DNA of 51,970 bases from Nemertoderma westbladi. Lineage: Eukaryota > Animalia > Xenacoelomorpha. A program made the position numbers and the translations under genes. Numbering within the stretch: position 1 is the first letter of the stretch; each line of letters opens with the position of its first letter. The stretch lies in the NCBI GenBank assembly GCA_032718475.1, contig JAUCBJ010005394.1:1-51970 (forward strand), in the 5' to 3' direction. The notes beneath the pieces are model-generated. The model saw only the letters and a list, made by a program, of their open reading frames with translations, did no database searches and was not told the origin of the DNA. Below are positions 13,569 to 26,100 of the stretch, piece by piece.

Positions 13569-13770
13569 GGGGGGGGGGGGGGGGGGGGGGGGGTTGACGC
13601 AAATCCCATCTCCTCAGCGAATTGGCCGGTTATTCTAACCTAAACTAAAGTCAATAGCGCAGGTTGCAGTTTTATTTTTGGGAGGAATCAGCTGTTATTT
13701 TCCCCTTAGGGGGTAGGCATTTTTGATAACGTCGAAAGCCCCCCCCCCCCCCCCCCCCCCCTCCCCTCCC
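13569..13770 (+). mobile_element. MITE-like family A copy (internally deleted), bracketed by poly-G and poly-C
   Basis: Poly-G, then gacgcaaatcccatctc...ttctaacc...caggttgcagttttatttttg...aatcagctgttattt...cgtcgaaa, then poly-C. Confidence 0.7.
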
Positions 13771-15067
13771 TATCTGACCGATAGCGCACTAGTAACTGTA
13801 ACCTCAAATGCTCAAGTTGAATTAACTATTAACTGGGTTGATTAACTTTTTTAAATTAAGTGCAACTGTTTCTAATTTGATGCGCTGTTATTATATATCA
13901 TAGAATTTGAGTTGTCCTTGTCATAGTAGATTTATTGTAAACCATCCAAACTATATCTCACGTAAACCAAAACATTGGAAAATTGCTCCATGTAATTTAA
14001 TCCCCAAGTTTTGTTTTTACATGATTGATATGTAGCAATAACTGTCGTCTGACACTGACTCCATTCGGAAACCATAACTCACTGAACCTTACTTTAATAT
14101 CTCCGCAGCACTAATCTATACACTTTGTATTAGATAAGTCTGTGTTTGTTGTAGTATGAAGGTGTCGCATTGCCTACAGGGTACGGAAGTTTACTTACAT
14201 ACTGAATACAGCCACACTGTAGACATCATACCTCAATGTAATCACAGTTCGAAAGATACATTTCAGCTGGTTTTGTTATATTTTATTATCTACTACTGTA
14301 CTATGTGCTAAAGACATATTCTGGTTTGGTTACCATAATTCTGTGAGTATTATAATAGGTCAGGCATGTTGGTATCTGGTTCAGACAATTAATTAACAGC
14401 GGAATAATGTCAGAATTTTGTCTGTTGCAATGTTTTAACACAACATGTTTATTGTTTTGGTTGGATTTAGCCCTTATATAATGTAATATGTTAACGAAAT
14501 ACAAAATTTTCTTATCTACCGTTATGCGGTATGCCTTTTCCGTATATGTACTGGTACTGTAGTGCCATAGTGCTATTTCCGTTTACACTGGCATATGGCG
14601 CACCGCTTTGGCTTTGTAGATGTAGACGATTTTAATGGTTTGTGCAGTTTAATGAGTACGATGTTTGACTTAGAACTGGTGTGGTGTCCCAAGTCGCTAA
14701 ACTTCAAAGAAACCTCTCGTATTGTAGTACCATTAAACCATATACTACATATTGCGCTAAGGCCCATAAACAACCCAGGGTTATTAGGGTTTCTCTGCTC
14801 ATTATATAAAGGGTTACAATTCTAACATCGTTGCTCTATTAATCACTGTATCACACTAACTAAGGCTCCTCTTTTGATGTTATTTATATTCCGTTGAAGT
14901 CAGTAAAATACAGAAGTATGGTGCAGACTGGTTAATCTCGTAAATTAATGGCTTTTGGATGACAACAACAACCGTGTACCCGGAACGCTAATCTGTATAA
15001 ATTAAATAATGACAGATACGTGTTCCCCACCCAGGTGCAGTGCCTATAATAAAGCTATTAGCAACCA

Positions 15068-15342
15068 CGGGTTTCAGTGGTACTAACAGCGGTCCCTGTG
15101 GCCCCCCAACCAGGGGTTCCAGTGGTACTAACAGCGGTCCCTATGGCCCCCCAACCAGGGGTTCCAGTGGTACTAACAGCGGTCCCTGTGGCCCCCCAAC
15201 CAGGGGTTCCAGTGGTACTAACAGCGGTCCCTGTGGCCCCCCAACCAGGGGTTCCAGTGGTACTAACAGCGGTCCCTGTGGCCCCCCAACCAGGGGTTCC
15301 AGTGGTACTAATAGCGGTCCCTGTGCCCCCCCCCCCAACCAG
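15068..15342. repeat. 45-bp GC-rich minisatellite (about 6 units)
   Basis: Unit gggttccagtggtactaacagcggtccctgtggccccccaaccag, in near-identical copies. Confidence 0.95.
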
Positions 15343-15778
15343 GCTCCTCGTAATCACAAATAAATTCGTAATTGTCATTAACTAGACGCAATGGGGCCCC
15401 CAGTTAGCGATTCACGTATAGATATCCCGTTAAACACAGCCAGGTCGTCGCCAATAGCAAGCCACCCATCCAGGTAGAACCCATTCTAATCCGTTATGAA
15501 CTGCCTGGCCCACTTCAAAGCCCTGTCACATCATGTAAAAGCCAGGGCCAAACGACCTCTTATACATTGTTTACCCAAGTATAGCTCCACTAATAGTCCC
15601 CAATGTACTAGCGTATATGTACTAAAGGCATTAACTCATATGCCTTCAGTTCATTCAACCATCTTATTATTACTAAAAAGTTTGTTGGTTTTATTATATC
15701 TACGTTAAGATTATTTGTTTTTTGGATTATTTTACTCGAGTTTCTATGTTCAGAGGTTGTTTGGGTTTATTTGTTTAG

Positions 15779-16001
15779 GTCGGCGGCTGTTTTCTGTGGA
15801 CTTGGTGCGTTGTTCTTGGCTGTTCGTTACGGCCACTCCAATAAGGAGACCTACGCTACGAAATATCGCAGGTTTCAACTCGCCTTCTCTGGCGAACACG
15901 ATTATGCCGCGAAAAAAATAACTGAAAAACGCGAGAAAGAAAGACAAAAACGGCTTACGGAAAGCGAAACTCAAAAAGTGATAAATAAAAACTCAACGTG
16001 A
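15779..16001 (+). CDS. Possible terminal coding exon of a small single-TM plus charged-tail protein resembling ATP synthase subunit e
   Basis: Acceptor tttatttgtttag ends at 15778. The frame SAAVFCGLGALFLAVRYG (cf. subunit e SALFLGVAYG) is followed by a K/E/R-rich helix and TGA. No in-frame ATG and no confirmed first exon. Confidence 0.4.
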
Positions 16002-16073
16002 CATACATTGTTTCATTATTAACTTTATTTCACCTATTGCGCCTCTGTATTGACTTTATTAGTATAAACTAGT

Positions 16074-16418
16074 ATGCGCTATCTTCGCAGCGCCCTCTTA
16101 CGTTGCTTCGCTGTATTGATTGCCTGCACCACGGTATATCTCGGCTGTCTGACATTCGTGAACCGTTGCCCGGTTACAACCAATCCGGACTGCGCCCTTC
16201 CTGCGGACGACACGTCGATACTGCGTGGTCCGTTAGCAGACCCGGGGTATGTCGTTAATGAACTCTCCCCTGTTAGACTCGGTGGGGTCTCTGTATCCCA
16301 TAGCAACGCTCCCTACCAACCAGTGGACTGTATCATTAACCAAGAGTACACAATAAATTGTCGTCTGGAGAATGAGGAAGTTTTCGTTCCATTTACATTC
16401 TTACATCGATATTTTGAG
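16074..16418 (+). CDS. GLCE: D-glucuronyl C5-epimerase, coding exon 1
   Basis: ATG, an N-terminal signal-anchor, and DCIINQEYTINC...EEVFVPFTFLHRYFE (conserved GLCE block). Phase-0 donor GAG|gtgagt at 16418/16419. Confidence 0.93.
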
Positions 16419-16600
16419 GTGAGTTTAATTAACTTATTATTCATTGTTTATAATTAATTAGACTTTGTCTCATATTATTAATTACACTTTGTGTTGTCTG
16501 GTGTTGTGTGGATGGATGCAGAGCCTGAATTGCTTTCACACTTTTGTTTGGTGCAACAGTTTCACTGTTTTTGTCCCTAGGCAATACTCTAGACACGTTC

Positions 16601-16905
16601 GTGGGGCCTTCGCGCAGCACGAAGTGAGCAAAGCCTTTAGCATATGGTCACCATTAACGAGTTGTTTGCCGTTAGTCAGAAGTCTTCAACACAATACTCG
16701 TCCTCCTCTTGTGCCTCGTTGCGTTCGTTCGTTTTTGCCCAAACTTCAGATTCTTTCTAAACTTTTGACGGACTACATAATACCAAGTTTCGTTTAATTT
16801 TATCAAGGAATAACCGAGTTATTAAAAATTTACGACGACGATGACAGATAACTCGCCAACGGCACCCATATGCTAAGGCTTCGCTCACTTCGTGGCTCGC
16901 CCCAC
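16601..16905. mobile_element. ~300-bp MITE-like element with ~45-bp imperfect inverted termini, in the GLCE intron
   Basis: gtgggg...cacgaagtgagcaaagcctttagcatatgg (16601-16647) is inverted relative to ccatatgctaaggcttcgctcacttcgtggctcgccccac (16866-16905). Related single ends occur near 18976-19011 and 31959-31995. Confidence 0.75.
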
Positions 16906-19309
16906 ATTAGTGCTTATAAACCCAGCACTGTAATGAAACCTGGCATGTGCAAGGGGGGGGGGGGGGGGGGGGTGGTTAAGGAATGGGTTGGATATAGTTA
17001 CAGAGAGTTAAACCTTGTGACTTGTGAGTTAGTGTGGCGCCCGGCCTGCATTAAGATAACATCCAAGAGAGAGAAGCCCTCGGGTTGCCTCCGGTTTTCC
17101 TTTTTACGACGACTTCCCTAACATTCCTCCTAACTTATTACCCCTTCTCCGACTCATCTCGATCCCATGTGGCCCAATAAATAATTGCTTTTGTTATTTT
17201 AATTATTTTTCGGAGATCATCAACTGCTGATCGCCGCATTTCCGTAACTGACGTTGTAGCTCAATCGATCCGCACTAATCTCGGAAACTCAATTACCCCG
17301 GAGTTAATCATTGCGAAGTTTTTGCAATATTTTTGTGGATCGTTCTTCCAACCGAGACCTTTATATGTGTTAATGTGTTTGTGTTCAACGTTGGGGTTCA
17401 ACTGATATAGTCCGTCATACTGGTTGCGGTCGGCGTTGTAATTCCACTAAATAGTGAATCCGCACCACCCCCTTCTTACTTTCTGTATATTTCCATTGAC
17501 ACAGATAGTAAATGAGTTACCGGTAGTAACGTGATTATCTACTCTCTGTTGACGTTGACGTTTCAGATTGAAGTGGGTTTCTTCATTGTTTAGAGTGTCG
17601 GTTTGGTGGTTAGTGAATGAGCGGTTAACTCTACCACTCTGTCGTGGTTATGAATTGACTACTGATTTGGTGACTTATTTGTTGACCTCGTGTTATTAAA
17701 TTCTGTGTCGAAATGGTTTTATTTAGTTTCCATTTTTTTAGCGAAATAATACAATATTAATTAATATTTCCTTTAATTATGTTTGTATTAAATATATGTA
17801 ATTTAGCTATAGACTCAAGTAATACCAGTTTATTTTCTGCCGTTATAATATGACTATGCAATTTACACTTTGAAAAAAAAAAACCCACATTGGAGAATGG
17901 CTGAATCTAACCAAAACAATAAACGTATCTTTATAAGTTATACGATTGAAATGAGCACGAAATTAGGAGAATTTAATGAGGAGAAATAATCCTGATTTTT
18001 TCCATGGCGTAATTTACAACAACTCAAACTTATATTATATATTTGACATGACTTTTATCACGCGCGTGCGCTGCGTATAACCAACCGCTGAGGAAATTAC
18101 CTTTGAAGTTTATTAATAATCCCCGATCGATCGGGACTGTATTCATTTCTATAATCTATAACTTCTCTCATCAGTAATTACGGGATATCCGACTGTATGA
18201 CATTGACTTGGCCGAACCTTTATGTCAACCAACTCCGCATTGTTACTGAAGCACCACCGGTTACTAAGGTTCTGTAATCCTCGTAATCCTAGTTCATATT
18301 ATTTTATAGAAACCGACAGCACTTTCTACTTGCCTTCACGTTAACCTAATCATTGCCCAAGTTCCTATTGTAACACGAGATTAATTTTCCTCTACTTCAT
18401 AATTACATAGTAAATTGTTATCCGGCTTTCATATTTTTCAATGGGCCGTCAACTTATAAGCTAAATCAGCTCATGTTTTTGTTATATTATTACCTTATTC
18501 GGTTGGTGTATTTATCGCCAACGTGCTGATTAAGAGAGAAACTCACCATGTATGTCACCCAACACCCAATATGTCCCCCGGGCACTTAATAATACAGTGC
18601 GTTGTAGTAAACGGAACAACTGGCCTTCTATCCTACCTAACCAACAACTCTAAGCGCTGGTTGGAGTTGAAACTGCAGCTCTACTTGTCCCAAATTAAGT
18701 GTTCCTTGTAACCCCCCCCCCCCCCCCACACTCCCATGGGCTGCGCTACGTGTATGAATGTTGGCTACGTTCCCCCCAGAAGCCATTAATAATACCTGAT
18801 TAAAATTCACCTTGGGAACTTTCAATTCGCATTGCATTGGAATTATATCAAATACGTTATATGGTTGTGTTCTACTAACTAATTTAGTTGGGACTTTACT
18901 GCTTGATTAAATAACCCACCCATCCACCCTCATCATAGTGTCTATAAAGAACACGTTCGTGGGTACCCCTACCTACGCTAAGGCTCACCTTACTTCTTGG
19001 CTCGCCCCACATATAATGGGCGATTCATAACTTCGTATCTTCCATTTCCTTTACCAATTGCTGAATTACGGGAAAGGAGCAGGTTAAGGTTGCGTAATTT
19101 CTAACCAAATCAATAAACTATAACTCAAGTAGACTGGCTACAGATTTACGGACGTAATTACGGATGTGTTGACTATATCCCCTTCCTTGGTTGTTTCATG
19201 ATGTGCAAACACCGCCACTTTAACCTGCTCCTTTCCGATATTTTGTTAAATTCTCTAACAACTTACCTTCCGTTTCACTAACTTTTACACCCCCCCCCCC
19301 CCCCCGCAG

Positions 19310-20743
19310 GTTCAGGGCAGATTGGAGGAGGATATCGGGAGCGCCTCCCAGCGGTTCATATGGTCTCACTCTAACGGGAAGGTCTTCTACCCGAAACAGC
19401 GTTACGACCCCGCTGGCGTGTTTCTCTTCTTCGAGACCTACAACGTGGAGAAACGAGAGCGTGTTAAATACATCAGCGGGGTTGAGGGGGTACCGTTGTC
19501 CACCCAGTGGGGCCAGCAGGGTTACTACTACCCAATACAGATAGCTCAGTACGCCTTGGTACACTACTCTAAGAACATCACGGAGGATGGCGGGAAATTC
19601 AAACTGTTAGAGGACGGGTCGAGTGACTCCAATGCGAGCAGCCATTGGTCTGTCTCTCGCGGGTGTCGTTACGCTAAAGTACGCACTCGGTGGTCTAACG
19701 TCGTGGAGTTCCAGGGCCCGGTTACCTCGGCGACCGATGGGTGTCTGACCTTCCGATTGGACGACGGCCAGCCCGCTCGCTTTAGTTTATCGTTCGATTT
19801 CCTCGCCTTGTCCGGCTGCGATATAACGGTGGAGGTGGTAGCGGACGGACACCCCTACTTGGTGCACTACCGGACGGATGATGACGGGGTGTCCCGGACA
19901 GGCAACAATGTCCGCTACGGTATCGGTCCCCGCAGGGAATGGTCCCGGATCACACGGGACGTCTACTGGGACCTCTACAAGGGACTCACCCTCGGCAAAC
20001 AATCCAAACGGAAGCAGCCGGTTATCTCGAGACTCACTCGGATTATATTCCAAGGCCGCGGACAAATCGATAACATAACTATAGCCAATCAGTTCCACAT
20101 GCGGCATTACTTCGACGCTGTTGATTGGTTCGTTAATCACCAGGACGACGCCGGCGGTTGGCCAATCAATGTTAAGCGCGAGTTGATAGAGGGCGTTGCA
20201 GCTATTCCGCCCGGGTGGTACTCGGCTATGGCTCAGGGACAGGCGATGTCAGTGCTGACTCGGGCCTATAGACTGGTCCGTGACCCACGGTACCTGGAGA
20301 CAGCGCGTCGCGCGACTAGGCCCTTCCGACGGAAAGCCACGGAGAACGGGGTCCTCGCGGTGTTTATGAACCAGTTCCCCTGGTACGAGGAGTACCCCAC
20401 GACCCCCAGTAGTTACGTGCTCAACGGCTTCATCTACTCCCTCATCGGGCTCTACGATCTGTCGCAACTCGACCCCGACAACGAGGAGGCGAGGGATCTC
20501 TACAGCGACGGTATGCGGACCTTGAAGAAGATGCTCCCGCTGTTCGACATGGGGTCCGGAACGGCCTACGATCTGCGACACTTCACCCTCGGTATTGCGC
20601 CCAATCTCGCTCGCAACGAGTACCACTCCCTCCACGTCAACCAACTCCTCCTGCTCTCCACTATCGACCCAGACCCCTTCCTTAAGGCCACCGTAGAGCG
20701 TTGGATCGGATATCTTCACGGTCACCCCGCCAAACACAACTGA
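19310..20743 (+). CDS. GLCE: D-glucuronyl C5-epimerase, coding exon 2 (spliced protein 592 aa)
   Basis: Branch site cactaac, poly-C tract and gcag| acceptor in phase 0 (YFE|VQGR). Motifs ISGVEGVPLSTQW..QGYYYPIQIAQY, WYSAMAQGQAMSVL.RAY, WYEEYPTTPSSYVLNGFIYSLIGLYDL, YDLRHF and the conserved ...AKHN* end. Confidence 0.97.
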   Translation, partial: VQGRLEEDIGSASQRFIWSHSNGKVFYPKQRYDPAGVFLFFETYNVEKRERVKYISGVEGVPLSTQWGQQGYYYPIQIAQYALVHYSKNITEDGGKFKLLEDGSSDSNASSHWSVSRGCRYAKVRTRWSNVVEFQGPVTSATDGCLTFRLDDGQPARFSLSFDFLALSGCDITVEVVADGHPYLVHYRTDDDGVSRTGNNVRYGIGPRREWSRITRDVYWDLYKGLTLGKQSKRKQPVISRLTRIIFQGRGQIDNITIANQFHMRHYFDAVDWFVNHQDDAGGWPINVKRELIEGVAAIPPGWYSAMAQGQAMSVLTRAYRLVRDPRYLETARRATRPFRRKATENGVLAVFMNQFPWYEEYPTTPSSYVLNGFIYSLIGLYDLSQLDPDNEEARDLYSDGMRTLKKMLPLFDMGSGTAYDLRHFTLGIAPNLARNEYHSLHVNQLLLLSTIDPDPFLKATVERWIGYLHGHPAKHN

Positions 20744-20959
20744 TTTTGTGCTCCAACTGTTGTTTGATGTCCTCATTGTTCTACACTAATTGGTGGTGCT
20801 TTGTTCCTCTAACAATCAATTCTACCGCGTTTCCTTATAACCAAACGCCGGTCATTCAACTCGCGAGTTGATGGGCCTGGCCTACCAGTCAGTTGATACT
20901 AATCGCCTAGCAACTGAACATCGTGTCTGGGTTGTATCCGGGCCCCGCGATGGTAGAAT

Positions 20960-21130
20960 AATCTTCCGAGTAGAATCTGAATCTTCCGGATTGTCGGATG
21001 ACTTTCCGGACGAGTTTGGGATCTTCCGGATGCGTTCGGAATCTTGCCGAAGTTTCGGAAGTTTCCGATAGACTTTAGGAAAATTCCGGAATGTCGGATA
21101 TAATTTCGGATGCGTTCGGAATTTTCCAAT
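20960..21130. repeat. Cluster of short (T)TCCGGA/TTCGGA motifs downstream of the GLCE stop
   Basis: More than ten ttccgga/ttcgga/tcgga motifs at roughly 10-20 bp spacing. Confidence 0.6.
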
Positions 21131-22875
21131 AAGTTCCCTTAGCTGGCGCTTTTGGTTAGAGGCTCCCCTCTTACGATGTTATTTATTTATTAGAACAACA
21201 AACTATTCCTTGTCGGAACGAACTCGTTGTCGCAGCTCATCAAACTCGTTACAATCCCATTGTGCAGTGTTGATTTACTTTCCTTTACGTTATTCTTTAT
21301 TATTGTTTGTTGGTAAAACTTTGATTTGTATTTAATTGTCTTCGTGTCATTACGAAACATTGTTTTATAAGATTTAGATTAGTTGTAAGTCTCTTTTATA
21401 TAATATTACTATTAGGGCCATTTAAATATTTTGTATATTTACGGTTTAAAAATTGTATCAGATTGTTGGTATTTCGGTAATATTAATGTAGTAACTAGTA
21501 ATAGTCCCGTCAAGTCAGTGATTTAATTAATAATTAAATTATAAAGAAGTTTGAGATATTGTATTCGTATTCTTAGTTTTTACCCATTCAGACCTTGTGG
21601 GTTAGTTGTTATAAAAAAAAACCACCTGCCTCCGATTTTTGGAATTTTCATAATTCCCATCAATTATTCATATAAGTAATAAATAGAATTACGCATTTAG
21701 TTTGTGTGTGTACATTTGTGTCTGATGGAGAACTATAAAAGCATCATGCAATTAGAAATAATTCTAACAGGTTCCGTATGTGAATTATTAGCTCCCAATG
21801 TCATACATTAAAATATTGTGGGGGGAGCCACGTATTGGAGCCAACCGTGGGATCGATGGAATCACTTACACTTTCAGTGTAATGATATTTATTTTTACTC
21901 TAAAGATTTTTAATTTTAGTGTATTATAAAATATAAATTTTTACTGACTTTTACTTTTATAATTAAGTTTTCTTAATGTCTTGCTTTCAATGTATTTTTA
22001 CTCATTGTTATAACCCCTAATGAATGATAGACCTCCATAATATAGTTTTTGTTGTAATCTATTATATATTGTAAATTGTGTCGATACATTATTGGTATCC
22101 GCTCAACTAGATGGAATCTACGCTATCAAATTACTTTCCCTGATTCATAATGGAAGAAACAGGATGCATTCCAGGTGCCATGGAAGGCCTGTCATCTTAT
22201 GATTTCCTATATTTTAAGTGAGTTCCGCTGAGTGCGACCCGCATCCACTGGTTTCCGCAATCAGGGACCTACTCATCGTCCAACCGTCCGCCATTATTCC
22301 CCGGTGTTGGACTCCGAACCCAGGGGTTAGTTAGATCCCATCACGCGAAGACAAGCTTGTCAACTCTCAGCAACCCTTGAGGCATCCTCGGTACCTATTC
22401 GCGTTCCGTATTAGCATTGCATGAATTTCTCCCTGGAATGAACTGGTTCGGAATTAATTTATTCCCGCCTGGCTCTGTTCCTTCGGCGACAGGCATCGCT
22501 GCAGTGGGTCCTGCCAAACGAGTTTGAAACAAAGCAATTATCGGCTCCGACATATCTTATCATCTGCCTACTCATTATAATACTCCGCTAGAGTTTATAT
22601 TACCGCGTCCCGTAAAGTAAATAATTACCCCAGAGGCCTCTATGTATTACGAGTCGCGTGCAATGGGTGTGTAATTTATATAATGATGTTTTTGCCAGAT
22701 TATAGATGGAATCGTTATATGTTTTCACCTAACATGACACGATTTTTACATACGTTTTAATCTCACTTTCGTAAAAACTCTCGAATATAATCAAATAGTA
22801 ACTTTGTAACAATTAAATACCTTTGAGTACATATACGTGGAATTTTGATACAAAAACAGCACCGCATTACGATAC

Positions 22876-23100
22876 TTTTCGACACAAACTTGATCCAAAT
22901 CCCATCTCGGTGAATTGTTATCTCGTCTTAATGTTAAATTATCAATTACTGGAAAGGAGCAGGTTTCAGTGGCACGTTATTCTAACCAAAACAATAAACG
23001 AAAGTTAATAGAACAGGTTACAGTATTATTTTTGCGAGTAATCAGCTGTTATTTGCGTCGATGTTCCCCTGGGGAGGGATGAATTTTGATTGCGTCGAAA
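22876..23100 (+). mobile_element. MITE-like family A, most complete copy
   Basis: Imperfect inverted ends tttcgacacaaac / gattgcgtcgaaa; the interior is shared with the 4823, 12450 and 13569 copies. Confidence 0.7.
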
Positions 23101-26100
23101 CATCTGTATTTTTCTGGGTAAATACGATAACTGCAGTATGCAATATTCTGAGTCTCAATATTAAATAAAGACATAATTTTGTCCCCCTATTTATGTTCTA
23201 TTATATTTACTACGGTAACTACACCTCTATTATGCCTCCTTGCACCGTCACGGCCAATAAAACTACTACTGGTACCTAAGATACCGTTGGCGTTACCTTA
23301 TGGAGTCCTTATCATCAACTAGTCTCATCTAAGCTTATTCGTATCAAGGTTGTCTTGTAGTTCATTCATTATGTATGAGAATTCGATAAGAAATGGATTA
23401 GTTTATCCGAGGGCCTCGTGTTGGACTCTGGGGCATCGATATTATACTACTTCGGGTGATGACGTTATTCTAATACATAGAACCAGCAGCCACTTGCATT
23501 ATCTCAAATTAATTCAATAATATTAATTTAGCTTCCGTAATGCTACACAGTACAGTAGTATTAATGTAGAAAGATAATGGCGGACGGACAGTCTGGCACT
23601 GCCAGGGGTATGGGAGGGGGAGTTGACAAATGAGTGGGGAAATCTTTCCCAAGGGGAAAAAATTTAAGTTTCTTATTATTATGATTTATATGTTAGGATT
23701 AAGCTCTACCAAGCTGTAGGATAAAAGTTTTAAAGTTTCTGTTTTCATTTTTAAATGATTATCAGTGAAAATTGAGCTAAATCCAGTATTTTAAGTATTA
23801 AATATAAATTCGATATCAGTGACAGCACTTGAAGTATTGCTAGTGTTACTGTCGGAAAACAATTTCGCAATCCGGTTTTGCGGTTTTTCTACAAGTAAGT
23901 GTGTATGACATTGATTTATTCGCGTACAATATCGCTGCAGTTACTATGGCTTCAATTGCATTTTGCTAAAGGATGATGTCAAAGTGACTAACGCGGCATA
24001 AATTCCGAATAAATTGATAATTCTCGTGCGGCGAAGCGTTATTATACCGTTGTGTCCGCTTGTTCGCAAAAAATCAATATTGTGACAGCGACAACTGAAA
24101 CCAGATGGTAAATAACTTTTGAGTTAAAACCGCAGCGCATTCGCCCGCTGAACAAATATAATCTCTGCAGGGTGTCTAATTGCTGGTTCCCCATCCCTCT
24201 CGATTCGAAATTAACAGAACCACAATTATCTCCTAAATCATTCTCAAAGCTGCTTGTCACCATTTAGTCTGCTAATCTCTAGTTTCCCCGTTCGTATTCT
24301 ACCTTTAAGCTTATTTCCTCTGGGCGGATATAACCATTTACTGTTTCATTTGCTTTTTAAATCGTTAATCTTCCTCCTCATTCTTTCCTCGCGTTAATCT
24401 CTAACCGCCCTACTCCACCCGGCTCATCCCCTACCCTCGGTCAACTAATGCCGCACCTCCGCTGCTCGTTAATGCATCTCTCGTAAATTAACTCCAAAAG
24501 CAAAACGTTTTCCCAGTAGGACGTAAGACTTATTTCTCAGATTTCTATATGTACTACTGTGCTTCCATGGTAGGCTTCTGACGTCGCTTCCCGAATACCC
24601 AATTATTTTTTTTCTGCGACAAGTATTTCCCTTTGCGCCTCTGAATGTTTCATCTCTAGTTTCTCTTTACGAGTAGGGCGCCATTTGGCTCATTAACCCC
24701 CACAACTGAACTTTGTACTTCCGTGAACTGTCGACCTTTGGGTCGAGCAATAAAGTCGCCATTTTGTTTCCGGTCTCTGGTACCATGCCAGTTGTGGACT
24801 AATTATCATTTTTGTTGCGTGTGATTAGACAGTTGTTTCGAGTGCGTTATGTTTTAGTCAGCCTCTTTGTTTTGTAGTGAGACCCTGAACGTTCACTCAT
24901 GTATCACTGGTTCGATCCCGTGTCAGATCACATTCGCTTGGGCACATTGTTGTTTTAAATAAACATTGAATTAACCACAATTCTGTTTATTATATTATTT
25001 CAATGTTTATTGTTTAATAAAATGAGGCCATTTTGTTTCGAACAATTATATTTAAACATTATTATAATATATTGACAAAATAGTATAGAAAGTAATTTAG
25101 TCTGGCTTTCTCTGTATATGGTATAATATATATTAGGCCCACATTGAATTGTGAAAAAAAATTTCTCGTAAATAATTTCAAACTCTTTTAGCAACAATTT
25201 AATAGCATAGCAACTAAATTACTAATTTAAATAATCGACTATAAATAAGAAGATTTAAATCAATTTGAGTCTGAAGGAATCATAGCAGGCTTTACTGTAC
25301 TGGACCTGGTAGGTACGGTCCATGTTTCGTTTTGGGGGTTTAATATGTTCGGAAAATATGGTATTACCTACCCGATTCCGTGGATGTCAAATAATTTGAA
25401 ATTATAATTAACTTAATTAATATTTCATATGACGGTCACTGATATAACTTTACATTACACATTACTTACAGTATAAGTAATTAGAGTATATTAGAGAATA
25501 TTAGAGGTGAAAAGTGACATACGAAACACTTGGTATAACGAGAAGGCTCCTCTCTCTTGGCTGTTACCTGTAAGACATGGAAGGTGCCATTTGCATTGTT
25601 AACTTTATACATAGGCCTAATATTGACATTGTTAGCGTTTATCATTAGTTGTAGTTACATTCTTACAGTTAGTGCTACTGTGTGGACCAGAACACACACT
25701 GTGAGGCGTTAGGCCTAAACTCTTTGCCCATCTAAATTATCATAATGGATATCAATCAGTTTTCCCAACAATTTGGTGTCATGGGGTCATTGTTATGGGA
25801 TATTGATTGATAGGGAAACCGTGTGGGTGCCGAGGTCTTCCGAACTAGTTGGTAGTAACAATAAGGGACACAGCGGGAGCGAAATTGTTAATATTTTGAT
25901 CGACATTTGATATATTTAGTTGTAAATGTATAATGAAGAGAACAATTACTTAAGGTTTATTACCCTGTGTGCTTACTTTTATTTCTCAATGAATTGTATT
26001 AAAGTACTGTAATTCATTAACAACGCTATGAGACCACTTGAAATTATCAGCAATTATTTGTCTGGCACTTTGTTGTGTAAGGTGTCAGTTACACATTCAA

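Noticed and set aside
14040-14780. Possible decayed transposon coding sequence on the minus strand
   Set aside because: Multiple stops and no motif I can identify with confidence.
15040-15385. Collagen-like or Pro-rich ORFs
   Set aside because: Gly is not at every third position, the starts are mostly non-ATG, and the ORFs are confined to the minisatellite.
19787-20776. Antisense and alternate-frame ORFs over GLCE (likewise over cytochrome c and NOL9)
   Set aside because: These are expected shadows of GC-rich coding sequence with no recognisable motifs.
24840-24930. GGTTCGATCCC B-box as a tRNA gene
   Set aside because: No pairing acceptor or anticodon stems; at most a SINE remnant. No functional tRNA is called anywhere in the window.
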